64,000 nucleotides of DNA. Origin: a virus. The first letter of the stretch is position 1. Every line of letters starts with the position of its first letter. Below, piece after piece: positions 7,406-17,723 of this stretch. Under the pieces are notes generated by a model. That model worked only from the letters and a program-made list of their open reading frames with translations, did not search any database and was not told where the DNA came from. Position numbers and translations under genes: made by a program. Where the stretch lies: the IMG/VR virus record IMGVR_UViG_3300046376_000226, positions 10,556-74,555 of that record. The stretch is one strand, 5' to 3'.

Positions 7406-9615
7406 TCGCTCTTTCGCTATGGGTGTCTCTGTTTCGCTGGCTCGCTCATTCCGTATTGGGTGTCTCTTTCTTTTTGGCTCGCTCCTATGCTATGGGCGTC
7501 TCGGTTTCGCTGGCTCGCTAATTCATGATGGGTGCCTCTATCTTTTTGGCTCGCTAATTTGTTATGGGCGTCTCGTATCTACTGACTCGCTCATTCGCTG
7601 TGGGTGCCTCGTTCTTATTGGCTCGCTTCCGCTCCTGGGGCGTCTCTGGATTCGCGGCTCGCTCGTTTACGGTGGATGTTTTTTGGTATGTGGCTCGCTC
7701 CATTGAAGTGGCTGACGCTCTTCCAACATGACTCGCTCACGGCTTTCGGATGTCTCGCGAACAATGACTCGCTCCATTGAACTGGTTGTCTCTTTCATCA
7801 TGGCTCGCTCGTACGCTCTGGATATCTCTCTTTTAGCGGCTCGCTCATTTTCGATGGGTGGCTCAGCTGCTCTGACTCGCTCGCGTATCGTGGATGGCTC
7901 GTGGGCAGCGGCTCGCTCGCACTCTCTGGTTGTCTTGTGGTTCAGGGCTCGCTCGCTGCTGATGGGTGTCTCATATGGTGTGGCTCGCTCGCGGCCCTTG
8001 GTCGTCTCATTAATTTTGGCTCGCTCTTTTGTGGTGAGTGTTTTTCCTTTTGCATGGCTCGCTCGTTCATCACGGTTATCTCTCGTAGAGTGGCTCGCTC
8101 CTGTCTGTTGGGTGCCTCTTAAACCTTGGCTACTGCATTCCTCCGCTTGCGATGTATGGGGTTCTCTATCCGTTCGACTCGCTCCTCGTCTTTTGGATAT
8201 CTCGTCAGGGCTGGCTCGCTCTCACCTTTTGGGGCTCTTCATCGACAATGGCTCGTTCCCCGGCTTTGGGTGTCTTTTACGGATTGACTCGCTCATCTTT
8301 AAGGTTGTGACTCAATGGTCATGGCTCGCTTCTTATTTCTTGGGTGTCTCTTGCCAGTTGGCTCGCTCCTAGAATATGTGGCTCTGTTCGGTTCCCTTGG
8401 CTCGCTCTCATGCGATGGGGTTCTCTCACCATACGGCTCGCTATTCCGTCTCTGGGCGTCTCCGGTATTGTGGCTCGCTATTGTCCAATGGGCGTCTTAT
8501 GGATTCTGGCTCGCTTCTCATTGCTGGTTGTCTCGTATTGCTCGGCTCGCTCCAACTTAATGGGTGCCTCATCTGCTTGGCTCGCTCTCTTCGCGCGGTT
8601 ATCTACAATCGCATGGCTCGCTCATCCGCGATGGGTTGCTCTTTCTGAATGGCTCGCTCCCATGCCTTGGGTATCTCACTTTGCTTGGCTCGCTCTTGCG
8701 TTATGGGTTGCTCGTCATGGATGGCTCGCTCATTCATTTTGGGACTCTCTTTTGCCATGGCTCGCTCTTTACATCGGTGGGATAGCTCTTCTGATTTGAC
8801 TCGCTCGTTCTGGTTGGATGGCTCATCAGGGTTGGCTCGCTCTTCCGTCTCAGGGTTTCTGTTTTCTCATGACTCGCTCTATTTGAATGGGTGCCTCTAC
8901 AACCGTGACTCGCTCGCCTATTATGGGGTGACGTCCTCTTGATTGACTCGCTCTCTCACTTTGGGTTTCTTGCTTGGCGCGGCTCGCTTAAGCTCTATGG
9001 GTTTCTCCTTGGTGTTGGCTCGCTCATTGTGCTTGGATGGCTACCGAATCAAGGCTCGCTTTCTTTTCTTGGATATCTCTCGATTAATGACTCGCTCCTC
9101 TCAATTGGGTGACTCTTCGAGAATGGCTCGCTAGTTTATCCTGGGGTTGCTCTTCTTGTAGTGGCTCGCTTTGTTTTCGCGTGGATGATTCACCTTCTGT
9201 GGCTCGCTCTTCATTTATGGGGTTCTCACGCAGGCTGGCTCGCTCGCACATGTTGGGTATGGGTAATCTCGCGTAGTCCGGCTCGCTCCAATGATTTGGG
9301 GTTCTCTATCGCTCTGGCTCGCTCCCGCTCTGTGGATGGCTCGTTACCTATTGGCTCGCTTGTGATTCATGGGCGTCTTGCACCATTTGGCTAGCTCCTT
9401 TCGAATGGGCTCCTCAAGTTTCATGGCTCGCTTGTATATTGTGGGATTACTCCGAGGGCTTGGCTCGCTTTACAGACGTGGGTTGCTCCGGGTTCCTGGC
9501 TCGCTCGTGACATATGGGCGTCTCGTACCTATTGGCTCGCTCGTTTATCCTGGGTTGCTCCTAATTGATGGCTCCGCTCGTTCGGCGACGGTTGTCTTTT
9601 GGGGCTCGGCTCGCT
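7404..9615 (-). ncRNA. TIGR (tandem interspaced guide RNA) array, about 60 units of 36 nt
   Basis: Minus-strand unit = AGCGAGCCA - 9-nt spacer - AGACACCCA (variable loop repeat) - 9-nt spacer; about 60 units counted by eye; both repeats start AG and end CCA; last repeat merges with the tasA ATG. Confidence 0.9.
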
Positions 9616-9785
9616 CTCCGAAAACTTCGTAGAGCTTGCCGCCAAAAGACAGGTCATTTTGATTGGTTTGGACCCAATCATATTCTCTGATAATTACCAT
9701 AAAAAATGCCCTTTTCGACCCCCGCTTTAAACGCACCAGGTTGACCGCAGGCGCGTCGCAAGGCCGAGCAGGTGCATTGGACCTG

Positions 9786-9855
9786 TGCGCAACGTTGCGC
9801 ATCCTGGGGCATCCTCGAGCGTTTGTGGGCCATAGCCAAATGATGACATGTGTCA
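9786..9855. repeat. About 70-bp element with TGCGCAACGTTGCGCA palindrome, duplicated at 57584-57653
   Basis: Direct comparison of the two copies. Confidence 0.75.
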
Positions 9856-9962
9856 GGGTTTGCGCCTGGTTAAGTACTCCGAAAGCGCGATCAGCGTGAA
9901 GTACAAGATGATCGCCAAGGCACCACTCAAGAACCCTAGAAGGAAAGTGGTTACATCCATAC

Positions 9963-11266
9963 CTATTGGACTAGCAGGTTCCGGATAATGACTCCAGCGC
10001 AGTCGCGCGCTGAGACGTGGGTGCCAGCCGGTGCGTTATCCTGGAGCGTCTGCCGCCAGTCCTCTGCCATGACGGCCGACAGCAGTGCCTGACCCTCTGA
10101 GCCCTTGGTCCAGGCGCTTGCTATCTGGATGATATAATGCCGGACCCGTTCCCAGTACCGGGCATCGCGGTCGTAAACAGTCGCTTTCATTTTGCCGCCT
10201 CGCACCATTTGTCAATGACCCGTTGGGCGGCTGCTATGGCCTGCCCGAGGCTTTCATAGTAGCCAGTGGTCTGGCCATCGGCGTGAGCCATCCAGGTGAG
10301 CACTCCCTGACTATAATAGGAGTGGATGCCGATCTCGTGCTGCCGGTATTCGATTACGTGATCGTATCGGACCAGCCGGTCGTTAAGTCTAAATGCGTAC
10401 CTCATAGTGGAATCCATTTACCCTGGACTAAGCGAGCGGCGGCTTTGATGTCGCCGTAGCCTTTGCGCGAATCATACGTCCGGACTTCGCCGCCGTTAGC
10501 CAGGCGGACGCCAATGGTGCTCCCTTTGACGAAGATCACCTCGGCGGGAGTATTGTTGCCTCCCTTACCGGTGACTAGAACGTAGTCACCGGCTCGTAGC
10601 GTGCTCACTTTCATCGGGAGAGAGCGTCGTAAGTACTTGGGCTTTCCCACCGGTCATGAAGTGCGATCGGTTGTTCGCTCGGGAACCGGCTATCACTGGA
10701 ATAGATGAAGTTCCCGCCAAACATTGGACCCACTAAACCCTTTGGTTGATAAACTGGTTCAGCGTGCAGATAATTTCCTCGGCGCACCAAGCGCACAGGA
10801 GGTCGTTCTGGGTTGGGTGCGAAGATCTCAGCCTCTTTACCCAACTCGACTAAGGTCACTTCCTCGCACTGGCTGCTGACGCCTCCGTTGCTGCAATCCC
10901 AGCCGCATTTGTAGATCAGGCATACGAGCCCTAGCATAGATTCAGAGTTGCTCATAGCTCACCTCCGTTGCGGCTGCGCCAGTACTCCATCACGTACTCA
11001 CGCAGTGCCTGCTTAGTGGGTAAGCCGCCCAGTCCTTTATTGGCAACGGTATCCCTGCTGACAGACCATTGGTCCTCGGACTTGAGGTCCGCATAGAACA
11101 AGCCTCCCTGCTCGTACCAGTAGCCAAGCGGATGGTAATCACCTCCGTTTGTCAGTTTGGTGCTATCACCGGTCAAGCGAGGTCGACCCGGTCCGTCGCT
11201 ACCGCAGGCCACTACCAGTCCACTTTTCCTCAGTACCACGCGCCGTTTGCCATACATCATGCTCAT
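9963..11266 (-). other. Run of overlapping small early-region hypothetical ORFs (9963-10190, 10187-10417, 10402-10614, 10611-10955, 10952-11266)
   Basis: Head-to-tail start/stop overlaps, some with GGAGG RBS; no recognisable function. Confidence 0.65.
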
Positions 11267-11724
11267 AGCGCACCTCCTTCCATCAGGGCGGCGCAGTCAG
11301 GCCCGATTCCCCGGTCTATCGACTCGGGCACAGTCAGCGTGCGCCCACAGCGCCCACAGCGTCCTTCATGCCTCACCACTAGCTCTGGGTGCAGTTCGGT
11401 GCTCGTGTAAAAGAACCGGAACGCAGCCACTGGGCCAGTCGCGATGCCTAAGCGGCTTTTGGCCGTGAGCGTGAATTGCCCATTGCGAATTAAGCCCAGG
11501 TAAGTGAACCCGTCGTCATCCGCTGAACCGCTAGTCAGCAAATTGACGAAGTAGACGCCAGGCTGGGGCCGCTGGGTTTGCCGGTCAGTGGCCTGTTTTA
11601 CTTTGTACGTGTAATGGGTGCCAGTCCGAGTGGACTGTAGAGTGAGAATGGCGTTGCCAGCGAGTGCGAAGGCTTTCGCGTCCTCGATGCTGGCAAACTT
11701 GTGGTCGGAAACTTCAGCTTGCAT
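11263..11724 (-). CDS. Phage protein with C-terminal zinc ribbon (DUF6011-like)
   Basis: CGRCGRTLTVPESIDRGIGPDC signature; N-terminal AGNAILTLQSTRTGTHYTYKV. Confidence 0.8.
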   Translation of the reverse strand: MQAEVSDHKFASIEDAKAFALAGNAILTLQSTRTGTHYTYKVKQATDRQTQRPQPGVYFVNLLTSGSADDDGFTYLGLIRNGQFTLTAKSRLGIATGPVAAFRFFYTSTELHPELVVRHEGRCGRCGRTLTVPESIDRGIGPDCAALMEGGAL

Positions 11725-11730
11725 ATCTTC

Positions 11731-11759
11731 TTCTTAAGGCCGGAGCCTTTGATTGTCAA
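11731..11759 (-). promoter_or_regulatory. Repeated early promoter, copy 2
   Basis: TTGACA-N17-TAAGAA, 6 nt before ATG 11724. Confidence 0.65.
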
Positions 11760-11766
11760 GGGCTAA

Positions 11767-12087
11767 TCAAGCGTCTTGGATCTTATTCGGAAAGAAGCTT
11801 TCCAGGGCGTCAGTTTCCCCATAGCTCTGAAGCCATTCAAACGCTTCGTCATCAGTGAAGACCTGCCACTGGCTCCCGCCGCACCAGGAATTATTCCCGC
11901 AGGATTGGGCGTATCGGGTCAGTGCCCCACCTACGCCAACCATAAAGAATTGGCCCTTAGGCGTCCGGTAGAGGGTTTCGGTCACAGAATGGAAATCGGA
12001 GGGCGAAAGCCGGTTCCAATATTCCGCGATCTTAGTGGCGGTTTCAGTGTTGTAGCGTTTGCCTTCGATGATCTTAATGGTTTGCAT
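11767..12087 (-). CDS. Conserved hypothetical phage protein
   Basis: IIEGKRYNTETATKIA...ETLYRTPKGQFF, a motif pattern common in phage early genes. Confidence 0.75.
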   Translation of the reverse strand: MQTIKIIEGKRYNTETATKIAEYWNRLSPSDFHSVTETLYRTPKGQFFMVGVGGALTRYAQSCGNNSWCGGSQWQVFTDDEAFEWLQSYGETDALESFFPNKIQDA

Positions 12088-12826
12088 ATACGTTTTTTCT
12101 TTATTGAGTTTGGTTGTTAATTGGAAATCAATCGAGCGTCTCTTGCTCCCAGTGTGTGCCCAGTTCGGCCAGTTTCTCCACTAACCACTGGTAATCATCA
12201 GGTATCATGCCTTCAGTAAGCCGCCCTGATTCAATCATGTCGGAAAGTCCATCGTGGAGTTCGCCGTAACCAAGGAGCGTCTCGTGCTCCTGGTCGTTGG
12301 AATCGTCCTTTAATTGCATGCTCATATGTCTCGTTGTTCGTTTACAGAGTTTTCAGTGTCGCGGTTCGCGGCGGCGCAGTAGCCGCAGATCTGATCCTCG
12401 GCCGGACATTCACCGCCACACTCGATGCAGCGTCCTTCACCGGACTCTTCGTCCGGCTCTGGCTGGGGCGCGTCATCGAGGTCGCTGCGGGTTTTCCAGG
12501 CGTCGTAGCTCATAGTTCCTTTACGGTTTCGCGAGTTATGTACTGGTTGAGATTGTCGGAGTATTCCTCGCTAAATTCCTCGTCTGCTTCCGCTCTGCTT
12601 TCCGCGTCAATAACCACTTCGCAAGTGATGGTATATTTGAAGATCATTGGATCTCCTCCTTTCCGTCGCGCGCGTAGATCCGATAAACCTCATCTTTAAA
12701 CGCTGTCATTTGAGCCATCGCAAAAAGCTCACCCCGTCCAGTATTTTGGAAATGCTTCAATTCCAGCTCTAGTTGAAGGGCGATCTTTTGGAGTTCTTTC
12801 TCTTTTGCTATTTCAATCATACCTCA

Positions 12827-12855
12827 CCTTTAAAGCCGGACGTTTGAATTGTCAA
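12827..12855 (-). promoter_or_regulatory. Repeated early promoter, copy 3
   Basis: TTGACA-N17-TAAAGG, ATG at 12820. Confidence 0.65.
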
Positions 12856-14278
12856 GTGAATATCAAAGCGCCATGCCTTTTCGAATAAATGCTGCAACGC
12901 TTGCGGGACTGTAAGACTTGTGATCGCCGTCGATATTCACCTCGACGTAACACATCGTTTCTCTCGTTCTGTCTTCGTGCTCTCCGAATATCGGAATGAA
13001 ATACCTATGAGTGCTGACGCCTTCCCGCAGCCGGTCCGCGTGATATGATTCGCCTTCGTAGACCTTGATAACTTTCTTCATTGCTCCTCCCGTGCCGGTG
13101 ACCCGAATTGGCTCATTTGCTGGCAGTCCACTACGAATCGAAACATTTCTTCAGCCTCTTCAATTGCTTTCGCCGCCTCATCGACTGCTAGCCTGTATTC
13201 CTTTACATTGATCAGGGCTATAACCTCATCGGATCTCGATTTTAAAGCAGTAACCGAGTTGCGTACTCCGGTTTCGTAATGAGACATCGGACGTTATTCG
13301 AGGCATAATTAGTTCAGGCCGTGACTTTGCGCCTCTGCAATTCGGCCTCTAGCGCCTCGGTTGAGAAATCAGCTAACGGATTGTGATCCTCGGAAACGAT
13401 CTCGTGTTTGCGCTCCCATTGGCGGGCCTCGTTCGCCGCTAACCGGCAGGCTCTGGCCAGACCCTCATTGTCAGCTTCCATGGATTCGCAATAGGCCGTG
13501 GCCTCATCGATTACTGTGTCCAGAGTCTCGCCGTTGATGCGCTCGATCTCGCCTCCGTTCTCCTGAAAATATCCCTGATTGCTCCCCCATCTCGTGTCGA
13601 TCCTGGCACGGTAATCCCCATTCGCCATGAGGAAAAAAGTCACCTCCTTGTACCGGATTGAGCCGCCGGGAGTCTGGTAGTGTCCCTGGTCGTTGGATGC
13701 TATTTCGAGAGCCTTGTCAATTTCACTGAGTTTGATTGTGTTCATCGGATTTTGGTTCGCGCTTTAATTGCGCCTGCTGCCTCCTGTCACGCGAGGCAGA
13801 TGGCGAAACTAGATTCTCATCACGATCTCAGAATTAGGTTGCAGGCTATCCACAGAGCGCTGGCCCTGATCCAACGCTGGCGCATATCAGCGTTCTCCCT
13901 GGAATGAGGTTTCAGCTCGCAGAGGAGTAAGTCTAACGCGCCTCGGATCTCGAGCAGATTCTCCGGCGTCAACTGTCGCAGCGTTGGCAATACCTCGGCT
14001 TGGATAGACTCGTTGAGTTCAACGTCAGTCATGGCTAGCGCACCTCCTCTTCGGTCCCATGAAAGGCAGCCGAGTTCAGCGCCGAGTTAGCGCGCATAAG
14101 GAAGGTATTAGCCGAGCGCAATTGAGTGCGCGCGGTTCTGAGCCAATAGAGCCGGTCGACGTTAGTCTCTGTGGCGATAGCACCATTGAGCCGGTGTTCC
14201 ATGGTGCGGAGGTTCTGGTACACCTCAGAGTTGAGGTCAGTCCATTCGCTGTTGAAGGGGAAGGTTTGCATGGCTTTA

Positions 14279-14307
14279 CTCTTAAACGATTGGGATTTGA
14301 TTGTCAA
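14279..14307 (-). promoter_or_regulatory. Repeated early promoter, copy 4
   Basis: TTGACA-N17-TAAGAG, ATG at 14271. Confidence 0.6.
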
Positions 14308-14794
14308 GTGAATATCAAAGGCTAAATGTCCTTTTGATAATACTTCCAGTGAGACGCCTCCAGCCATTCGGCCATATGCGTCCGGAACGTTGCCGAATTG
14401 ATCTCGGTGACATCGCCCTGGTGCTCTCGGTAAAACCGAGTCGGCACCCCATCGGTCGTAGAGGCCCACATCGTGAGCCGTATCCAGACGCCCAGTTTGA
14501 CGGCGTAATTGATATCCGCCAGTTTGCGGTAGCTCGACTGGAGTCCGAATCGTTTGCGGTAGTCGATGTTCATTGGTTACCTCCAAGCGGCTGGTCCAGG
14601 CGATCGGCGTAATTGATCGCAATCTGCATTGCGTTTTCCTGACCCATCGCGATGGCTTTCCAGTCCTTGTCAATCTGTATGCTGTACCAGCCCTTGCTGA
14701 TTTTGGTCACGTACAGGATGTAGCTGGAGTAAGAGGCCCATCTGGTGAGCGAGCCGCTTTTATGCCAGTAGAGTTTCGGTGCTTGCATGGCGTG

Positions 14795-14822
14795 AGCTTA
14801 AGGCCAGGCGTTTGAATGTCAA
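14795..14822 (-). promoter_or_regulatory. Repeated early promoter, copy 5
   Basis: TTGACA-N16-TAAGCT, ATG at 14788. Confidence 0.65.
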
Positions 14823-14829
14823 GGGCTAA

Positions 14830-15789
14830 TCAAATGGGGCCGCAACTTTCCCCAAAGGCACCAGCTGGCCGGACCCAAGTTGCGAGCCTGATTGAGCCTG
14901 ACCAGTTGACATCGTTGGCCTCGGCTACCAGGGCGGGATCTCGCGTCGCGGCATAAGCAACGCCCAGGGCGGCTTTCTGGCATACCGTTTTACCCTGGCG
15001 ATCAATGGTCTTACCGAATTCGGCTTCATAGGCTGCGATCCGGTTAAACTGGCCCGGAGCTACGGCCCGGGCACTGGCCCATTGGTTAGAGTTCCCGAAA
15101 ATGCAGGTTAAGCAGGACAAACGGCCCCAGCCCAGCCGATAGGCTGGATGCATATTGATGCGGTGCCGCTCGATGATTGCCCAGACCTGGTCCTCAGTCC
15201 ATTTGTGGACTGGGCGCAGCCGGTCAACGTGGCGGCTCTGGCAATTGGTCCGGTCCGGCTCAAACTCAGCGTAGCGGGCCCGAGCGGCAGACTCCTGGGC
15301 GCGTTCGCCGCTGATGACCAGTGTGCGTTTGCCTTTGAAACGCGGCTGGTTAGCCAGGGCGCTGTCGCACACATCAATCTTGAGTTTAGCTGAGCACCAG
15401 CGCTTGGAGAGATCAGGCGTAACCTGGGGAAACAGACGGCGCGTATTTAATGGCCCGGTTGTTCCACCGGCACTCTTGATGCCGTCCGGAGTCTCGAAAA
15501 TGCTCGGTGCGGTGCGCGTGTTCTGGCGCAGCATCTCGCGAGCGAAGCCGCCCTCACGCCAAGAGAAGTAAATCTTGACGCCAAAGGCGCGAGCAAAAGC
15601 TTGGCAATAGGCCCGAGTACTGGGCCAGTCCATCAGGTGCTCAGCGTCCTCTCTGCCATCAATATCATGATGCCAGAGTTCAATCTTGGACAGCTCAACC
15701 CCCGCTTCCACTAGGGCAAGGAAAGAGGCAATGGAATCTTTGCCCCCGCTAAAGGCGACAACGTAGTAATCGTAATCGAGAGGAATCAT
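14830..15789 (-). CDS. Phosphoadenosine-phosphosulfate (PAPS) reductase-family / PP-loop protein
   Basis: VAFSGGKDS PP-loop, RWCSAKLKI, GERAQESAARA, RPVHKWTEDQVW, HPAYRLGWGRLSCLTC. Confidence 0.9.
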   Translation of the reverse strand: MIPLDYDYYVVAFSGGKDSIASFLALVEAGVELSKIELWHHDIDGREDAEHLMDWPSTRAYCQAFARAFGVKIYFSWREGGFAREMLRQNTRTAPSIFETPDGIKSAGGTTGPLNTRRLFPQVTPDLSKRWCSAKLKIDVCDSALANQPRFKGKRTLVISGERAQESAARARYAEFEPDRTNCQSRHVDRLRPVHKWTEDQVWAIIERHRINMHPAYRLGWGRLSCLTCIFGNSNQWASARAVAPGQFNRIAAYEAEFGKTIDRQGKTVCQKAALGVAYAATRDPALVAEANDVNWSGSIRLATWVRPAGAFGESCGPI

Positions 15790-15792
15790 GGC

Positions 15793-16226
15793 TTAGTGTT
15801 CCCCCAGTATCCGGCAGACTCCGGCCCAAGTGAGGTTCTCAATCGTCTCAAGGCCCAAACTGAGACTGTAATAGTAGTCAACGTGGTATTGAGCCCCCTG
15901 GTAGGTGCGGACGTAGGTATCAAGAATCAGAGAACGGCCAGTCTTAGCGTAGACAATGCGGCTAGACTCTTTTCTGGTGGAAACCGTTGCTTGCATTAGC
16001 GCACCTCCTTTCGGAAAAAGTCTGAATGGACTTCGCCATCGACAATCACCTGGGAATAGGTGAGCGGTGAGGACATTTCAGCAGAGCGTTGGTACTCGTC
16101 GGTGAGGTAGTACCTCGCCCTATCCCTGGCTTGGGCGATCGTATCGTTAAAGTCGTCCCAGATATCGCACTGACCGGCTTCGACTTGCTCCTGGGTATGA
16201 GCGGCTGCTACGATGATGCTTTTCAT
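15793..16226 (-). other. Two small hypothetical ORFs (15793-15996, 15996-16226)
   Basis: Coupled ORFs after promoter copy 6; GGAGG RBS. Confidence 0.55.
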
Positions 16227-16235
16227 TGGACCTCA

Positions 16236-16264
16236 CCTTTAAAGCCGCAGCATTTGATTGTCAA
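16236..16264 (-). promoter_or_regulatory. Repeated early promoter, copy 6
   Basis: TTGACA-N17-TAAAGG, ATG at 16226. Confidence 0.65.
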
Positions 16265-16483
16265 GTGAATATTCAAAGCATGAACGCACTTTTCTGGCAT
16301 TCTTACCAGCTAAACGCCTTTAGGCGGTCAACTGCGCTTCATAAGTGCCTCAAAATCAACCAAATTGTCGGCGGCGCGCCGATGCCGGACGTTGCGCATG
16401 TTACCAAAGTTTCCCTTATTTAAGCGTCCAATTTAGGGCAAATTAACAATTTTCCGCCGGCGTAAAAAGTCTTAGCCTCGCCT

Positions 16484-17047
16484 ATGTCACTGCCGCAGAT
16501 CGATCTCGCCGCTATCCTGGACCAAGCCGAGGAACATCCTAAGAAGAAGCGTAAGAGCGCTATCGCCCAGATCCAGGCCCGCACCACAGTCGCCCCAGAC
16601 GCCCCGGCGCCGCACTTAGAGGAAATGATCCAGGAGTTGGGCGCTGAGCCCACCCAGAACGCCGTAGAAGCCTGGAACGCTATTGTGGCTGGCAGGCCCA
16701 TCATTGATGTGGCTCACGCCCTGGGCATCTCTATTGAACTGTGCCGTCACCTGATCAGAGAAGTGCATGCTGCCATCTATGAGGACCTCAAAAGCGCCGT
16801 TGACCTAAACCGTCAGATCGATCTTGCCCGGATCGATCAGATCCTAATGGCATTCTTACCAGGAGCTAAAATGGCAGATCCGGATGCCGCCAACATCGTG
16901 TTGAAAGCCCTAGCCCACCGAGCTAAACTCACGGGGCAAGAGCCAGACCCAGGCCCGAGCCGTACTGAGCCCAAGAACGTGATGGTCTGGATACAGAACC
17001 AACTGCCTTCCATTAACCGTATCGTAGACAGTTTACCAATCGAATGA
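16484..17047 (+). CDS. HTH protein, small-terminase-like
   Basis: HTH (IIDVAHALGISIELCRHLI) followed by RQIDLARIDQI...ADPDAANIVLKALAHRAKLTG, typical of phage TerS-like proteins. Confidence 0.6.
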   Translation: MSLPQIDLAAILDQAEEHPKKKRKSAIAQIQARTTVAPDAPAPHLEEMIQELGAEPTQNAVEAWNAIVAGRPIIDVAHALGISIELCRHLIREVHAAIYEDLKSAVDLNRQIDLARIDQILMAFLPGAKMADPDAANIVLKALAHRAKLTGQEPDPGPSRTEPKNVMVWIQNQLPSINRIVDSLPIE

Positions 17048-17723
17048 CTGAGCTAGAACTTTACCAGATTACTAGCCGCACTTTTTGCGCTGGCGCTTTC
17101 GTTCACCAGGGCCGGATCGTCAAGGCCGCGCCTATCCTGCGCCGTTATGTGCGCTGGACTCTGGCCGAGCTGGCTCGCCAGTATCCGGACTGGAAGATAG
17201 AGCCAGCCGAGCCTGTGCTCCTGCCTGTAGCTCTTTCTGAATCTGAAGACCGCGACTCTGATTAAATGAACATCAAACGGCGCACCTTCTTTGGCACCAT
17301 CGTTTTCGCGTTCGCCAGCCTGTTCGTCCCGCGAGCTAAGCCTGATCTACTAGGCGAGATGCTGGACCAGCGTTACCCAATCCAGCGTCAGTTCACCAAC
17401 CGGCACCTCGGCCGCTACGAAGGGCGCGAGATCCCCAAAGGCGCAGTGTTCAGCCAACCCTGCGGCAGATTCAACCCGGCTGGACCTAAACTGGCACTTG
17501 CTAAACTCCAAAGCGTAACCAGCAACTCATGAGCACCCATCACGGTCGACCTTCTCAGGTTGTCCGGTGCCTCCATTGCAAGCGTCCCTTCAAAGCCTAC
17601 GCTTACCGACTCCGCAAAGGTCAAGCACGCTTCTGCTCTCATGCCTGCGTCTCGCATGCTTGGCGAGCGTGGCTTGCGCTTTGCGCTAAAGAAGCTGAAG
17701 AGCAACTTGGCAAGGCTGCTTAA
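17044..17723 (+). other. Three small coupled ORFs (17044-17265, 17266-17532, 17529-17723); the last is a CxxC...FCSxxC zinc-finger protein
   Basis: Overlapping starts/stops; CLHCKRPF...RFCSHAC. Confidence 0.55.

Larger units (their letters stand above)
12128..14788 (-). other. Cluster of small early hypothetical ORFs (12128-12325, 12322-12513, 12863-13081, 13078-13287, 13314-13745, 13820-14032, 14035-14271, 14322-14573, 14570-14788)
   Basis: Co-oriented, tightly packed, interleaved with the repeated promoters. Confidence 0.6.

Noticed and set aside
7404-9615. CRISPR array
   Set aside because: Repeats are about 9 nt and alternate between two types with 9-nt spacers; no 23-47-nt direct repeat and no cas genes
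7350-9632. Many plus-strand ORFs with ARS / WLA / GSL periodicity
   Set aside because: They are translations of the 36-nt repeat in all three frames, broken by stops and frameshifting indels; the conservation is at nucleotide level
14035-14673. 212-aa ORF from the track
   Set aside because: Its 5' part overlaps two better ORFs and a promoter; the real gene probably starts at ATG 14271
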